A program made the translations under genes and the position numbers. The notes beneath the pieces are model-generated. The model made no database searches and was not told where the DNA came from. It saw only the letters and a list, made by a program, of their open reading frames with translations. From the NCBI RefSeq assembly GCF_963853765.1, contig NC_088855.1, positions 11,284,001 through 11,348,000 of the forward strand: DNA of 64,000 nucleotides, given 5' to 3'. Position 1 is the first letter of the stretch. Each line of letters opens with the position of its first letter. Shown here one piece after another: positions 24,865 through 37,619 of this stretch. This stretch comes from Magallana gigas (Eukaryota).

Positions 24865-25679
24865 TATGGTGGCATATCTCTGCCCCTTGTGTGCAAGTTA
24901 TTTTTCTATCAAATATGCCGACATGCAAGATAAATATGTTGACATGCAAGATAACTATGTCGACATGCAACATAAGTATGTCGACATGCAAGAAAATTGC
25001 AATTAGATAAGAATTATACAAAATCTCAAATATCGCCCACCTGTGACATCCAAGATGCTAGATGCTTCCTTTTTATGTCGACATGCAACTAATTTATGTT
25101 ATCATGCAAGATAAATATGCTGACATGCAACTTATGTACGTCAACATGCAACTTATTTATGTCGACATGCAACTTATTTATGCCGACATGCAACTTACTT
25201 ATGTTGACATGCGACATAAATATGTTGACATGCAACTTAGTTATGTTTACATGCAAGATAAATATGTTGACATGCAACTTATAAGTTGTATGTCAACATA
25301 ACTTAGTTGCATGTCGACACAAATATGTTGCATGTCAACATATTCATCTTGCATGTTAACATAACTAAGTTTCATGTCGACATAAATAAGTTGCATGTCG
25401 ACATAAAGAAGTTGCATGTTAACATAAAGAAGTTTCATGTTAATATAAATGTTGCATGTTGACATCAATAGGTAGCGTATATAGCATCTTGGATGTCACA
25501 TGTTGGCGATATTTGAGATTTTTTATAACTCTTATTTGATTGCAGTTTTTTTTTGCATGTCAACATAGTTATGTTGCATGTTGACATAAATATCTTGCAT
25601 GTCAACATATTTATTTTGCATGTCGACAAAATCAGTAGAAAAATAACTTGCATTCAAGGGGCAGAAATATGCCACCATA
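24865..25679. mobile_element. Foldback-type non-autonomous DNA transposon, IS3EU-like, with internal 21-bp satellite
   Basis: TIRs TATGGTGGCATAT.. / ..ATATGCCACCATA, 6-bp direct repeat ACAGAC at 24859-24864 and 25680-25685. Internal about 21-bp tandem units (TTATGTCGACATGCAACTTAT-like) switch orientation near 25284. The superfamily is inferred from the TAY..RTA termini plus the 6-bp duplication. Confidence 0.75.
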
Positions 25680-25790
25680 ACAGACATTTGATATAAGCAT
25701 AAACAAATATAGAATATTTCTCAAATAGAACAAACGCTCAGGAGATTACAGCGGTGTTGGAGAGTTAGGTGGAAAGAAAAATCTTGTTTA

Positions 25791-25992
25791 ATATGTTTGG
25801 ACGAATTAGGATTTGTTCGGTCGACTTGAGATTTGTTCGGACGAGATAGCTTTTTTTTCGGACAATTAAGTTATTTGTTCGGACGAATTAGGATTTCTTC
25901 GGACGAGTAACTTAAGTTATTTTTTCGGACGAATTAGGATGTGTTTGGACAAATTACGATTTTTGCGGACGAATAAGCTATTTGTTCGGACA
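25791..25992. repeat. Degenerate about 21-bp tandem repeat (TTCGGACGAATTAGGATTTG-like)
   Basis: About nine imperfect copies with a CGGAC core. Confidence 0.75.
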
Positions 25993-26030
25993 AAAAAGGT
26001 ATTTGGTGTGAATAAAATAATCATTAGAGC

Positions 26031-26065
<35 letters not shown>

Positions 26066-26090
26066 GAGAGGAGGAGGAGAGAGAGAGAGA
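26031..26090. repeat. (GA)n microsatellite
   Basis: Visible GA dinucleotide run with a few interruptions. Confidence 0.95.
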
Positions 26091-27650
26091 TTTTCTAATC
26101 ATGGATACGTAGATGTAAAGTCGAAATCAATTAACGAGATCATGCCGCAGATCCAGTAAATCTTCTCGATTGAGGGGGGGGGGGCTGTAAGATAATTTTG
26201 TCTTAACTAGAGAATTCACTAAAAAATTATATAGTTTACCCAGTTACTAGTCCATAGTCGGTATGACGTTCTTTTAATTACATGTATATGGGACAGTCAG
26301 GGGTTGAAGAGGGTGACCGTGCACGTGTGTAAAAACAACCAATCACTTCTCCTCCAATTAGAAACACGCATTGTAACAGATGTCAATAATGTCTTCTTTA
26401 ATATATATTTTAAACATTTGCCAGAAACTGTAAATATATCTAAGTGCCTTCAACATTTATAAAATGGTTTGACTTAACAATGCTTGGAAAAAATATTTTT
26501 AAAAAAAACTGGAAACCACGTCTTTAATTGAATCTAGTTAATGCAGAGAAATTAATAATCTCTGTACTCTAACGACACTTCTTGACATAAGTGGACAAAA
26601 TAAATGAGTATGATTATAACTTAGAGTCCTTTACATTTATATAATGTTTTATTTTTAATCAAACATTTGAAATATGTTTAAGTCCGAGTGTTTGAGTGTT
26701 CTCAACACCTATTACGAATATGATTAATTTCATTGCCTGTCAACAATTTCCTTCTGTACTTGGCATTTTCATTTTCCATTCTAAATGTCATGTTATTGAT
26801 TCATTGCAAAGAAGAACCAGTCTGATCAAAAGGTACGTTTTTTGTTAAAAATTTCTTCCCAGTGTTCTAGAGTTTACTCATACAGATTGTGACATAATAA
26901 AAGTATTATTTTCTAGCAATTTAGTCGGTATTGACACCCATTTTTGCAATTTGTTGATATTTTGTTGATATTTCTGACGGAGAAAAAAAACTTAATAATG
27001 TTATGATGTTTTAGCTAACCATTGAATAGTTACCAAGAAACGATGTATTCAGTTTTCCATGGTAAATAGGCAGTTTTTGCCATTAAAAATCATTTTCAGG
27101 TAAAGTTTTTTAAAATTCTGAACGATTAATTTTGTTTTTATTTAACAAGTAATGATGTAATAAAGAGTAAAATAGCATGCGTCATATATTTTTTCTTGTT
27201 GCGTAAACTATTTTCAAGAATACTTAATCTAAGTAACGCCCAGCGCCATTATATCTTAACAATTTTGCTAATTCCGTTTTTTAATTAAGTTAATTCATCA
27301 ACTTTTTAAAGAGATCTAAACAATATGAATATTGTTCTAGTATAAAAGGATTTGATTCCAGTTATTGGTAATGAAACTTGAACTTTTTCAGTTTAATGGT
27401 CTTTCTTCGATTTTCTTGTGAGTTCGTGGATATACTGGAACTCATTGTAAACTTATACAAAAAGGTAAGGTCTTTTCGTTACATGAATATATATTTTCTG
27501 GTTGTAAATCGCTCAAGATAAAAAATTATTTTTTAGAGACTAAATGATTTATTTACGCCGATTTAATAGTGCGTTGTTTAGATAATATGTAAATAATTTG
27601 TAAATTGTTTAATATGCAAGATTCATCATACCCACTTTTTGTTTTCAGCT

Positions 27651-29201
27651 ATGAAAGATGAAATAAAGAGGATAATCTCATACATCATTAACTTTGTGTT
27701 GCTGAGACCTCTCAGTTTCGGAAATCCCACTAATGACGGAATTTCGGACGGAAGTACGTCATCGACTGTCTCCTTCGCCTGTGGTTTCGCTATCTTACTT
27801 ATCACCATTGTTTATTTCACTGTTCAATTTACAATGGAAAATTTTACAAGTAACTCGTTATGGGGATTGTTAGTCTTCATATTGGTGTCAGGGACAGTTG
27901 CTACAGGTCTTCTTCTGACCTTAATCGTATTTTGTCACTCATATGACGTCATTCGTCGACAACAGTTGAAAGACCGATGTGTCGAACTAGAGATCAAATT
28001 TTTGTGGTTTTCTGGTTTAGGGGTTCTTTTTCGTGCTGTTATTACTTTGGCTATTCAGTGTGAGTGCGTAGTTGTGTCTGAAGGCTTTCGTGAGATTTCA
28101 GATATAACATTGTCGTGTATGAAGATAATTTTCATGTTAATCCAAATGTTTTTCATCACGTACTTACGAAACTCGCGTCTACTTGGTGGCTTGTTCATTA
28201 ACTATTTAATCGGGGGTTTGTTTTTAGCAAATACCAGTACATGGGCGAATTATGTTACTTTCAGAATAAGTGATATCTATATTCATACTAACGGTACATC
28301 TCTCCTACCACTTTCAAATCAATCGATATATAATGAATGTTTCAATAATTCCAAGATGCACAAAGTCTCCCGTATATTAAGCTCTTTTTTCCTCAATGTC
28401 AGCATGCTGTTTCTTTTGTTATCATCAATGTTCCTCATAAGACTTTGGCCCTTAGTTCGAAACTGGCAACATATGAGAAATAGTTGTATTGTAAACGCAG
28501 GTATTAATAGTGTCAGTGGGCAGCCTGATACCTCTGGCCGAATTATTCAAAATCGCAGGACAGTTCGAATTATTTCCTTCTTTGTCGGATTTCTAATAAA
28601 TAGTCCGTTTTTTACAATGGCTATTTTGATGAAGACTGTATACAGTAATGATATAAAATCCATTAAAGTTCACTGGGATTTGTTTGTTATTCTTGTCTTA
28701 GCTGTAATGATAGTTATCGTTCTTGTTGGGATTCAAAACCTTAATTTGAATTGTCTAGAAAAGACCTCTTTTTCCACATGGGACTTGATTCTGATGATGT
28801 GTATGACGGGAAATGTGATCATGAACACACTCGGAATCACTTCAATCTTCCTGTGTAATGTAGATAGATCAGTCACAATTTTTACCAAAAACTTGTTAAA
28901 TTTATTCACGACTTATTATCACACTGTGTATATAATAGTTGCTAAACGTACACCCCACTCCGAGTTTTGTAAATCGATTTCAAATCTTTCCATTCATGTA
29001 ATTCTATTTTGTTCCTGTCTGGGGCGTTGGTTTTTGGACATGTTCGTTCTCAATTCTCATGGTAAATACATTTTAAAGGAAGGTGAAGGCTGTTTATTTC
29101 CTGATCATAGATGTTGGCTTACGGCGCAATATTTTTTAATACCTTTAAATGCATTTTACGATTTTCAATCATTTGTATTTTATTACGGTAAAATATGGTA
29201 A
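27651..29201 (+). CDS. Otopetrin-like protein, copy F (derived FYD type)
   Basis: Intact single-exon ORF. The acceptor ttttcag at 27647-27648 is followed by ct and ATG 27651. It has the same motif set as D, G and H and ends FYDFQSFVFYYGKIW. Confidence 0.88.
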   Translation: MKDEIKRIISYIINFVLLRPLSFGNPTNDGISDGSTSSTVSFACGFAILLITIVYFTVQFTMENFTSNSLWGLLVFILVSGTVATGLLLTLIVFCHSYDVIRRQQLKDRCVELEIKFLWFSGLGVLFRAVITLAIQCECVVVSEGFREISDITLSCMKIIFMLIQMFFITYLRNSRLLGGLFINYLIGGLFLANTSTWANYVTFRISDIYIHTNGTSLLPLSNQSIYNECFNNSKMHKVSRILSSFFLNVSMLFLLLSSMFLIRLWPLVRNWQHMRNSCIVNAGINSVSGQPDTSGRIIQNRRTVRIISFFVGFLINSPFFTMAILMKTVYSNDIKSIKVHWDLFVILVLAVMIVIVLVGIQNLNLNCLEKTSFSTWDLILMMCMTGNVIMNTLGITSIFLCNVDRSVTIFTKNLLNLFTTYYHTVYIIVAKRTPHSEFCKSISNLSIHVILFCSCLGRWFLDMFVLNSHGKYILKEGEGCLFPDHRCWLTAQYFLIPLNAFYDFQSFVFYYGKIW

Positions 29202-31234
29202 AATGGCTGTGTTTTTTAATTACGGTATGAACATTCGCCTTAGAACATATTTTGTATATCTAATTTTTCCCCTTTTACATGCTATGTTGTAAAATAAAAA
29301 GTTAAGGTTTTTCAAGCATGACGGATTTTTTAAAAAATCATTTTAATCAATTTTATCAAGAAATTAACTTTGTGATCATAAATGTAACTATTTTCTTTTT
29401 ATTTTTGAGATTTGTAGTACTATTGAATATTAGCGATGTACCCGGGTAAAAGGTTCTGGTAATGAGTATACCTAATACTTTAACATTAAAAATTTTTATG
29501 TCAGATTTTTAGTTTATGTTGATTTATTTATTATGCAGTCTTTGCTGTGGCGAAGAATAACTAACTTTAAGAAAAAGATGTCTTTTTAGTGCAAAAAAAC
29601 CCGCAACAATCCCATGATACCGGGCTTTGTGTTGAGTAATCTTGTGAAAAATATTTTTTTATCAATGAAGATCTTAAAAAAGATTAGGCTAATAGAAGCG
29701 CATCACGTATTACAGTATATAAGTATATGAATTTGACACTTGGGGTCTCAGTGAAGTATTAAAAACAATTCATTGAAAGAAATACAATGGCCGTTTATGA
29801 AATATGTGAAAATGGAGCGCATGCAACTGCAAATTATAATTACATGAATTTACAAGTCAACATTTGATTTAATTAGTTTTATGATTTCCGAAACATGCTT
29901 TTTCCTGAAATTATACCCTCTCTTACAAAAATACAAGATCGTACTGTATTATTTTTTGTTGATGATATGAATTTATGGCGATACATCTTAAGTGTAATTT
30001 TTTTCTATAGTGTATCCCGGATGCAAATAGCAAAACAAAAATATGTAATGGCTTTGACTGTTGTCAATATGAAAACGCTTTAAAACTATTACGGAACTCC
30101 ACATAAAGTTTTCCTGATTGGGCGTGAGATTAAATGAATTCTATAAAGTTAAAGGATGCACGTGATTATTATTTGAATCCAATGCATTTGATATATTCAA
30201 AATGTATTATGACAGGTGTATAATTAAATTCAGGTGCTGCGCTAAATGAGCAGCTGTGTGCCTTTTTAAAATGGTATTTAACGATTATTGTCGAACCTGC
30301 ACCAATCTCAGCGTCGAAAATATGAGGCATGAGTTCGATCTATTGGCTTATTATGATTCTGTATTTTTGTTAACTATCATCAATTAGTCTGCAAAGTAAA
30401 ATTTTCAAAATTGCAAATGTCACTTTCAATAAAATCAATTTTTTCAAAATCTCATATTTCACAACTACGAACAAACATTAAAACATATATTTTATTTCAT
30501 GCGTTCATGAACTATAGAGGTTATCAGCATTGCGTTAAAAATACGCAACCCACCTCAGCAGGTTTTGTATTCTTTCTGCTATTATTGCTACATGTACTTT
30601 CTTAACCCGTATGAATAGCTAAAGAAAGCTTTTCGCGCCTTTTTATCAATATCCCTCTCTGAATCGGTTAATCAATTATAGATTAAATATTGAAAAAGTA
30701 CGTAACGTATCATTACATGAATATAATTGTCAATTATAGATTGTTACACATAAGCAACGGCCATTTTTAGTCAGACCGCGGGCTGACTAATTAAGTTAGG
30801 ATGAAACTTCAATTGCGTTAATTATAATTGGAATTCTTGAAAGGAATTAGACAGTTCGTGTTAAAAAAATTCGAAGAAGTAATGAAACTGGTCAGATTCT
30901 AGGTCAAACTGCGCATCGATGTATTGAAAGACTGTCAATGGGAATCGTCTGCAGCCCCATGCAGTCCGGAGTCCGCGAATATCACCCCGACTCTCTTACT
31001 GAGATCGGATAGTAAATATATTGGTAGTGGTTTGTGAAGAGACCAGGAAATTCAAAGAGCTATGTTTGCAAAGTTGAAACTTTAAGTATTGAGAAGGTGT
31101 GCAGTCATACATTGTATGTACACCCTACACGCTTATTTCCTCACCTACATGTACAGCCATAAAAATAAGGGTGCAAATTTAATGTGAACCCGCATAATAT
31201 TATTGTTCTGGAAACTATTTATCTTGTATTTTAT

Positions 31235-31391
31235 AGCATTGAATGATTTATTTTTGACGTCGTCGTGTCAATAACTGCCGTCAGGTGAGCAGACAAATTG
31301 AATAACGCGCGTTAGCGCGTTATGATAATTTGTCTGCTCACCTGACGGCAGTTATTGACACGACGACGTCAAAAATAAATCATTTAATGCT
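31235..31391. repeat. Near-perfect 157-bp palindrome (hairpin MITE-like element)
   Basis: Arms 31242-31299 and 31327-31384 are perfect 58-bp reverse complements. There is an inner stem ATAACGCGC/GCGCGTTAT with a GTTA loop. Confidence 0.9.
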
Positions 31392-32805
31392 TATATTTAC
31401 ATTCCCATACTGATGAAATTAATTATTTATTTAAATAAATCGATATAAATTGCAGACAACGGAGGGAGTAAATTAGTAACAGCAAGAACAGCTGTTTATA
31501 AAACCGGTTTAAACTGGTTATTTAAAAGACTGTTGAGATGAGATCGACGAGCATGAAAATATAATCCATGAAAAATGACTCTTAAAATTTTGCTTTTAAT
31601 AATAAATTCAATTTTTAAGAATAACTGTGAAACATGATGTTTTGACAACATTTATAAAATGTATTTTTTCACCGATAACATAGAAATCACTGTTTGAGAA
31701 CTACTTTGTAAATTACTTGTTAATTCATACGCAGTGAATAGGTGTTGCATTTAGAGGCATTTAAACATCACTGAATTTAATGGAAAAACATAGTAGAATG
31801 TAAATATTAATAGATTGTGTATTCACTTTTGACCTAAAATTAAAATTCCGCTGGCTGTTTTTTTTTTAGCTTTTTAAAAAGCTAATCTTGTTCCAAATAA
31901 TTATTGGATTATGTGATTATGCTACCATGGAAGCTAAATGAGAGATATAAAATCTATTTATTATAGCTACTTGAATTAAAGTTGGCATTTTAAAATAACA
32001 TAATGCATTTGAATTCAGCTTTCAGAAATTAAAGGAATCGTTATATTTATGTTTGGTTGATGTTTATATCAAAACATGGACTGTCAGTAAAATTTATGCG
32101 TAACACTTTATCAAGCACATCTAATGTAAAATACCTTCGCCCGGAAATTCCCATATTTGTATTAATGCTATTCAAACGTATCAACGTTTCCTTAAATTTA
32201 AGGATTTGAAATTGTCTCAATAATTTGAATAGGTCAGACTACAATTTAAAATATCATTTCAGATTAACTTTTCTTCCTGTATTTAGTTTTATTTCCCTTT
32301 ACAACGATTTCTTTGGTACTCTACAGAGAATTAAACGTGAACTCGGTGGGCCACTTTAGCATTAGATATTTACCATTTAAACGAGTCCTTTCTCAACGCT
32401 CTTCAAGGTCCGAAAAAATATCAGTCAACTCGAAATGTTATTGCGTACCAACACAATATGTTGAGTGATTTTTTTTTAATTGAAAGTATGCCAGTTTCTT
32501 TATCAGGTGAGAATTACGTGAATAAATTTCAAGAATATCTTTAACGAAATTTATATATGCTATGCTAATATTTACATTGTCTTAAAAAGTCAATTACAAT
32601 TGTCAGCAACAATTGTATTTTTAAAACGACCAAAAAAAGTTAATATTTCGTTTCATAAAACAAATTATTTTGCATGTACTATAAGAGATGCACAATTTTT
32701 GTTACGCACTTAAAAATGTAGATATAACAATAATAGCAAATCTTGCCCTCATAATCTAGACAAATCCAAATTTCAAAAAATTTAAAGTTTTGTCTTGTTT
32801 TAGCA

Positions 32806-34359
32806 ATGACAGAAAAAATAAGGAGAAGAATATCATACGTCATCAACTTTGTGTTGCTTGGGCCACTAAGATTTGGAAATCTTACTGATGCTGAAACGTC
32901 GGACGGAAGTACGTCATCAACCGTTTCATTTGCCTGTGGTTTCGCAATTTTACTTATCACCATTATATATTTATCTTCTCCTGTTGCTGATGACTTTTTA
33001 AACACCGACTCTATTTGGGAACTTTTGGTGTCATTGATGGTCACAGGAACCCTTGCAACGGTTGTTCTTCTGGTTGGCATCGTATTTGGTCGTTCATATG
33101 ACGTCATTCGACGACAGTTAAAAGACAAGTGTGTCGAACTAGAGATAAAATTTGTGTGGTTTTCTGGGATAGGAGTACTTTTCCGTACTGGGATAAATTT
33201 GGCGATTGAATTTGAGTGCGTAAACATTTCTTCAGGCTTTCGCGAGATTTCGAAAATAGTATCTTCGTTCTTGAAGATAATGTTCATGTTAGTCCAGATG
33301 ATATTCATTACGTATTTAAGGAATAAGCGTTTAATTGGAGGGATATTCATCAACTACTTAATTGGAGGACTGTTTCTGGTAAACACTTGTATATGGGTCA
33401 ATTTTATAACAGTAAAAATAATTTATATTTATGCCTTTCAAAACGCTTCTTCTTCCGTGCTAGCTAGGAATTTATCAACATGGGATAATTGCTACTGGCA
33501 TTCCGAGACGCACAAAATATCCCAAAGGCTTAGTTCTTTTCTTCTCACTGTTAGCACCTTGTTCTTTTTGTTATCGACTATGTTTCTCGTTCGTTTGTGG
33601 CCCTCCATTCAAAGCACAACACAAATGAGAAACCGATGTGTTGTAAATGAAGACGTGTCGATAAACAGCGATGGAAGACCTAACACCGCAGACCAACTTA
33701 TTAAGTATCGGAGGAAAGTCCGTATCGTTTCCTTTCTTGTTGGATTCCTAATGAATAGTCCGTTTTTTACGATGGCTATCTTAATGAGGTGGGTGTACTT
33801 TAACGATATCGTTCCCGTAAAGGTGTTCTGGGACGTGTTTGTTATTCTTTGCCTGTCTATATTAATACTCATCATCCTTGCTGGAATACAAAACTTACAT
33901 TTGAGTTGTCTTGAAAAAATACCATTTTCCACGTGGGACGTGATTCTGATGTTGTGCATGGCGGGTAATGTAATTTTAAACATTCTTGGAATCACTTCAA
34001 TCTTCGTTTGTCACGTTGATCGGTCAGTCACAATTTTCATCAAGAACGTTTTGGGCCTAATCTTGACATATTATCACACTGTGTACATCATTGTTGCTCA
34101 ACGTACCCCCCTGTCCGTGTTTAGAGAATCGACATTAAATCTCTCCATCCATGTTATTCTGTTCTGTTCATTTCTGGGACGCTGGACACTGCAAACCTTC
34201 CTCCTAACTTCTCAAGGAATGTACATTCTGAAGGAGGGCGAAAAATGCTTGTTTCCTGATGAAGAATCCTGGCGTACGATGCAGTATTTTTTGATACCTA
34301 TGAATGCATTTTATGATTTCCAATCATTTGTATTTTATTACGGTAAAATATGGTTTTAA
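32806..34359 (+). CDS. Otopetrin-like protein, copy G (derived FYD type)
   Basis: Intact 517-aa single-exon ORF. The acceptor ttttag at 32802-32803 precedes ATG 32806. It ends PMNAFYDFQSFVFYYGKIWF. Confidence 0.88.
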   Translation: MTEKIRRRISYVINFVLLGPLRFGNLTDAETSDGSTSSTVSFACGFAILLITIIYLSSPVADDFLNTDSIWELLVSLMVTGTLATVVLLVGIVFGRSYDVIRRQLKDKCVELEIKFVWFSGIGVLFRTGINLAIEFECVNISSGFREISKIVSSFLKIMFMLVQMIFITYLRNKRLIGGIFINYLIGGLFLVNTCIWVNFITVKIIYIYAFQNASSSVLARNLSTWDNCYWHSETHKISQRLSSFLLTVSTLFFLLSTMFLVRLWPSIQSTTQMRNRCVVNEDVSINSDGRPNTADQLIKYRRKVRIVSFLVGFLMNSPFFTMAILMRWVYFNDIVPVKVFWDVFVILCLSILILIILAGIQNLHLSCLEKIPFSTWDVILMLCMAGNVILNILGITSIFVCHVDRSVTIFIKNVLGLILTYYHTVYIIVAQRTPLSVFRESTLNLSIHVILFCSFLGRWTLQTFLLTSQGMYILKEGEKCLFPDEESWRTMQYFLIPMNAFYDFQSFVFYYGKIWF

Positions 34360-35559
34360 AGTGATTTCTTGTATAAAAATTTAGAAAACTTTCTCTCTTT
34401 GTATATTACTTTGTTAACTTAAAATGCAAAGCTAAGCTTCTCAAAATATGTAGACGTTGGCGTTATCTACGTTTCCTAATTTTCTTACAGGCCTACTTAT
34501 TATGATAAGATGATTAACTGATTATGATTTCGAATGATGCGCGATTGCCCATAGTCAACTTTGGAACAAGATGCTTTGCCGAACGTCCTTTAGTTAATAC
34601 CCAGTACTACTTTTAAATGAACAATTAACTAGTTGCGTCATTGATAATCTTTATGAAGATTGGAGTATCAGACATTTCAGGAGCAAACATTAAGTGCACA
34701 TTTTATTAATAAAACACAACGTTTGAACAGCTACAAAGTGGAGTTTAACATGAGTAACTTCAGAAAAAATAGAAGTACCTCAATACTCTTTGTCCTTCTA
34801 TATATTTGTAAATAAACTATTTTACAGTTGAGACATAGAAACTGCATACCTTTCAAACGGAGTCTGGACAACATGTTAAGACTACTATTATTTCAGGTAT
34901 GAAACGGTTACATTGGCCATACGTGGCTAACCAGTATGGCATTTTGCTTTTGATAATCTCAAACTCATACATGTACGTACTTTGTACACGAGTCTCAAAC
35001 AGGGACATGCATGCCGTCTGAAAATTTGATCTTTCAATTTCTTATATGTAAACGGCAAAGATATTCTTTTGGTGATTAGAGACCAGCAGGTCTGTAATAG
35101 GGAATCTTAAATAACATTCACAGTTGTTTGCACACAAAATGCATACAGCTTTTTTATATACGTAATGTACAATGCACTGTATACTAATAAAAATAGATTT
35201 TCTAAAATAGAACACATATTTAATTCAATATTGCTAAGTGACAATATACCATGTTTTTTAAGATGGGGTTTAAATTGTAATGGATGACAGACAGCAGATG
35301 AAAATTTCATTTTTAATATTCAAACAATAAAATGCTTTCTTTGGCGATCCATGCGGAATATGAATGTGGCGACAAAAAAATGTCGATGAAAAAATACATA
35401 ACCCGCGTTAGCGGGTTACGTTATATTTTTTGCAATGACCGTTACCTCCATAACCCACATGAATCATCCAAGAGAACGTTTTATTGTTTATATTTACATC
35501 ATTCTTTGACTAATTAATTAATTTATTATAAAAAGTAATTCATTTAATTACTGTCAATG

Positions 35560-35790
35560 TACACAAGTACGTTAGCTAAAAGAAACAGCCAAATCGTCTC
35601 CTCTGAGACTTTGAGTCTGACGTCATCATGATTATTACGTGCAGTCCGTGATTTTTCTTAGGTCGTTATAGGTAACGACCAATCGATAAACAGGGCGTGT
35701 CGATTTCAGTCCTGTCAGTTTCAGCCACTGTAGATTTCGACCAATCGATAAACGGTTTATGTAGATTTCAGTCTGATTGTTTCTATAGAG
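35560..35790. repeat. Dispersed repeat family member (second copy at about 63040-63200)
   Basis: agaaacagccaaatcgtctc...gagtctgacgtcatcatgattattacgtgcagtccgtgattttt closely resembles agaaatagccaattcgtctt...gagtctggcatcgtcatggttatttcgtgcagttcgtgattttt at 63061-63140. Confidence 0.7.
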
Positions 35791-36726
35791 CTATGAATTA
35801 ACCATAAGTTTCCGTAAGAAATAGAGGGAATCACACTCGGTAGATGTAAATATATGGATATATGGTCATATATCATATACCTAGTAGTGTATCAGCCCTG
35901 ATACACGTGTTTTGGTGAGACAGCAACCGGAAGCTAGGGCTGTATCGCCCTCGGGGCTGATATTTCTCTGTCTCAGCCCGTCGTCAAGGCGGTGTATTGC
36001 TCTCAAATTTGAAATTGATAATTTCCATATATCTCTGCTTTAAATTAAGACTAGTTTGTGAAAAAACGATAGAATAACGAATATATAATACAAATTATCA
36101 CCTTACACGTCTGAATATTTTGATGTATTACCAAAAAAAAAAATTATGATTCAAAAATAGCGCCAAAGAGTGATGTGTATCTAAGTAAGGGGATTGTATT
36201 TATAGAACAATAGCACGATTTATTTATATCAATCAACGTTTAAATTATGGAGGATATAGAGAAGGATGGAACGAGACTTAATCTTAGAAAATCAGAGATT
36301 AGACTGTAAAAATTAAGGGGTTAAAGTAATGGACGCGCTTATGAACGTTCTCCAATAACTTTCTATATAACAGTATGGATCTTTATGAATGGAATCTGAC
36401 GGGAAACTTACAAAATCCCAGTGAAAGAATTTGACTCATAACGAAGCTGCGTAGGAGGGAAGTTTATCTCGCGATAATTTTGAATTCTAGAAGATAGTCC
36501 TTCATTTCAGACGACAGACTCTCTTCTACTGTATTTTAAATGACGATGGTTTGTCAACAAAGTCCGACAACTCTTTACAGTTTTAACACATATAAAAAGA
36601 AATAAGAACGAACAAGTTTTGTAAATCCGAAAAAAATCTATAGCTTCTTCATGATAAATTATATTCCTTATTTGGAATTTAAATTTGAATTAAAGTCTTT
36701 GATTTTAGATATATGATATAAACAAC

Positions 36727-36855
36727 ATCACACTTTTGTTTTGATCTCGTCCCTGGTATCAGCCCTCGGATGGTATCGGCCCGCGCCCTTCGGGCTTGGG
36801 CCGATACCAACCGCTCGGGCTGATACCAGGGCCGAGATCAAAACAAAAGTGTGAT
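36727..36855. repeat. 129-bp palindromic element (hairpin MITE-like)
   Basis: Arms ATCACACTTTTGTTTTGATCTCG.. and ..CGAGATCAAAACAAAAGTGTGAT with few mismatches, and a central GCCCTTCGGGC mini-hairpin. Related motifs (TATCAGCCCT, GGGCTGATA) occur at about 35890-35960. Confidence 0.85.
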
Positions 36856-37619
36856 ATTCTATATATCCCCCTGTATAAAAAGCCTCAGCTTCTGTCCAAT
36901 GGCCTGGCCCAGTGACAATGAATTTAATAATTTAGGTGGGTGATTTCGTGGACACCAGAATTGGGCATTTACTTTTTTCTCAAATATATATTTTTCTTTT
37001 TCTTTTACTAAAACCGGTTTAAATTTAGAGACAGAAGCTATTTCGAATTTAATCAATCGTCAATTAATTAATGTTTAAATGATATCTAACATTGTTGACA
37101 GATCTAGCCAGAAAACTGTAGCAAAATGTGATTTTTACGGATTTTTTCGTCAGGGTCTACTTGGTTTAGAGCTTATAGCGTGAAAAGTAATCCGTCAACA
37201 TATAATTTATTTTACCAAATATGTTTTCTAAGATGTCAATCTATAGAATAAACACCATGAATTTAAGTTTGAGTCCATAAAATAGTAAAAAAAATTACCA
37301 AACGCGATACTAGCATTGCTTTTTATGTATTCTATTTTGATACATCAGGTCCATAAAGCGTACTTACTTACAAAAATTTGCGCAAAATTATTGATGAGAT
37401 ATGGCTTAAATAAATATTTATACTCTATTTTGTATGTTCAGTTCTAATTTTCCCAAAAAATTATTTTTAGGAAAAACGGACGTCTGGCAAATTTCATAAT
37501 TGTAAATAATTTTCGCAAGGGGGTACACCCGTCTGAGAGGTGATAACAAACAAACTAGCATGTAAACATACATATTTTCTTTTGCATATGTATTGCTAGA
37601 ATGTATATTTATCATTTAA

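Noticed and set aside
25062-25468. CRISPR-like appearance of the repeat array
   Set aside because: The units are contiguous tandem repeats without unique spacers, there are no cas genes, and the context is eukaryotic.
24733-25653. ORFs with repeated VDMQL/STCNL/HVDI peptides
   Set aside because: These are translations of the 21-bp satellite, whose unit length is divisible by three.
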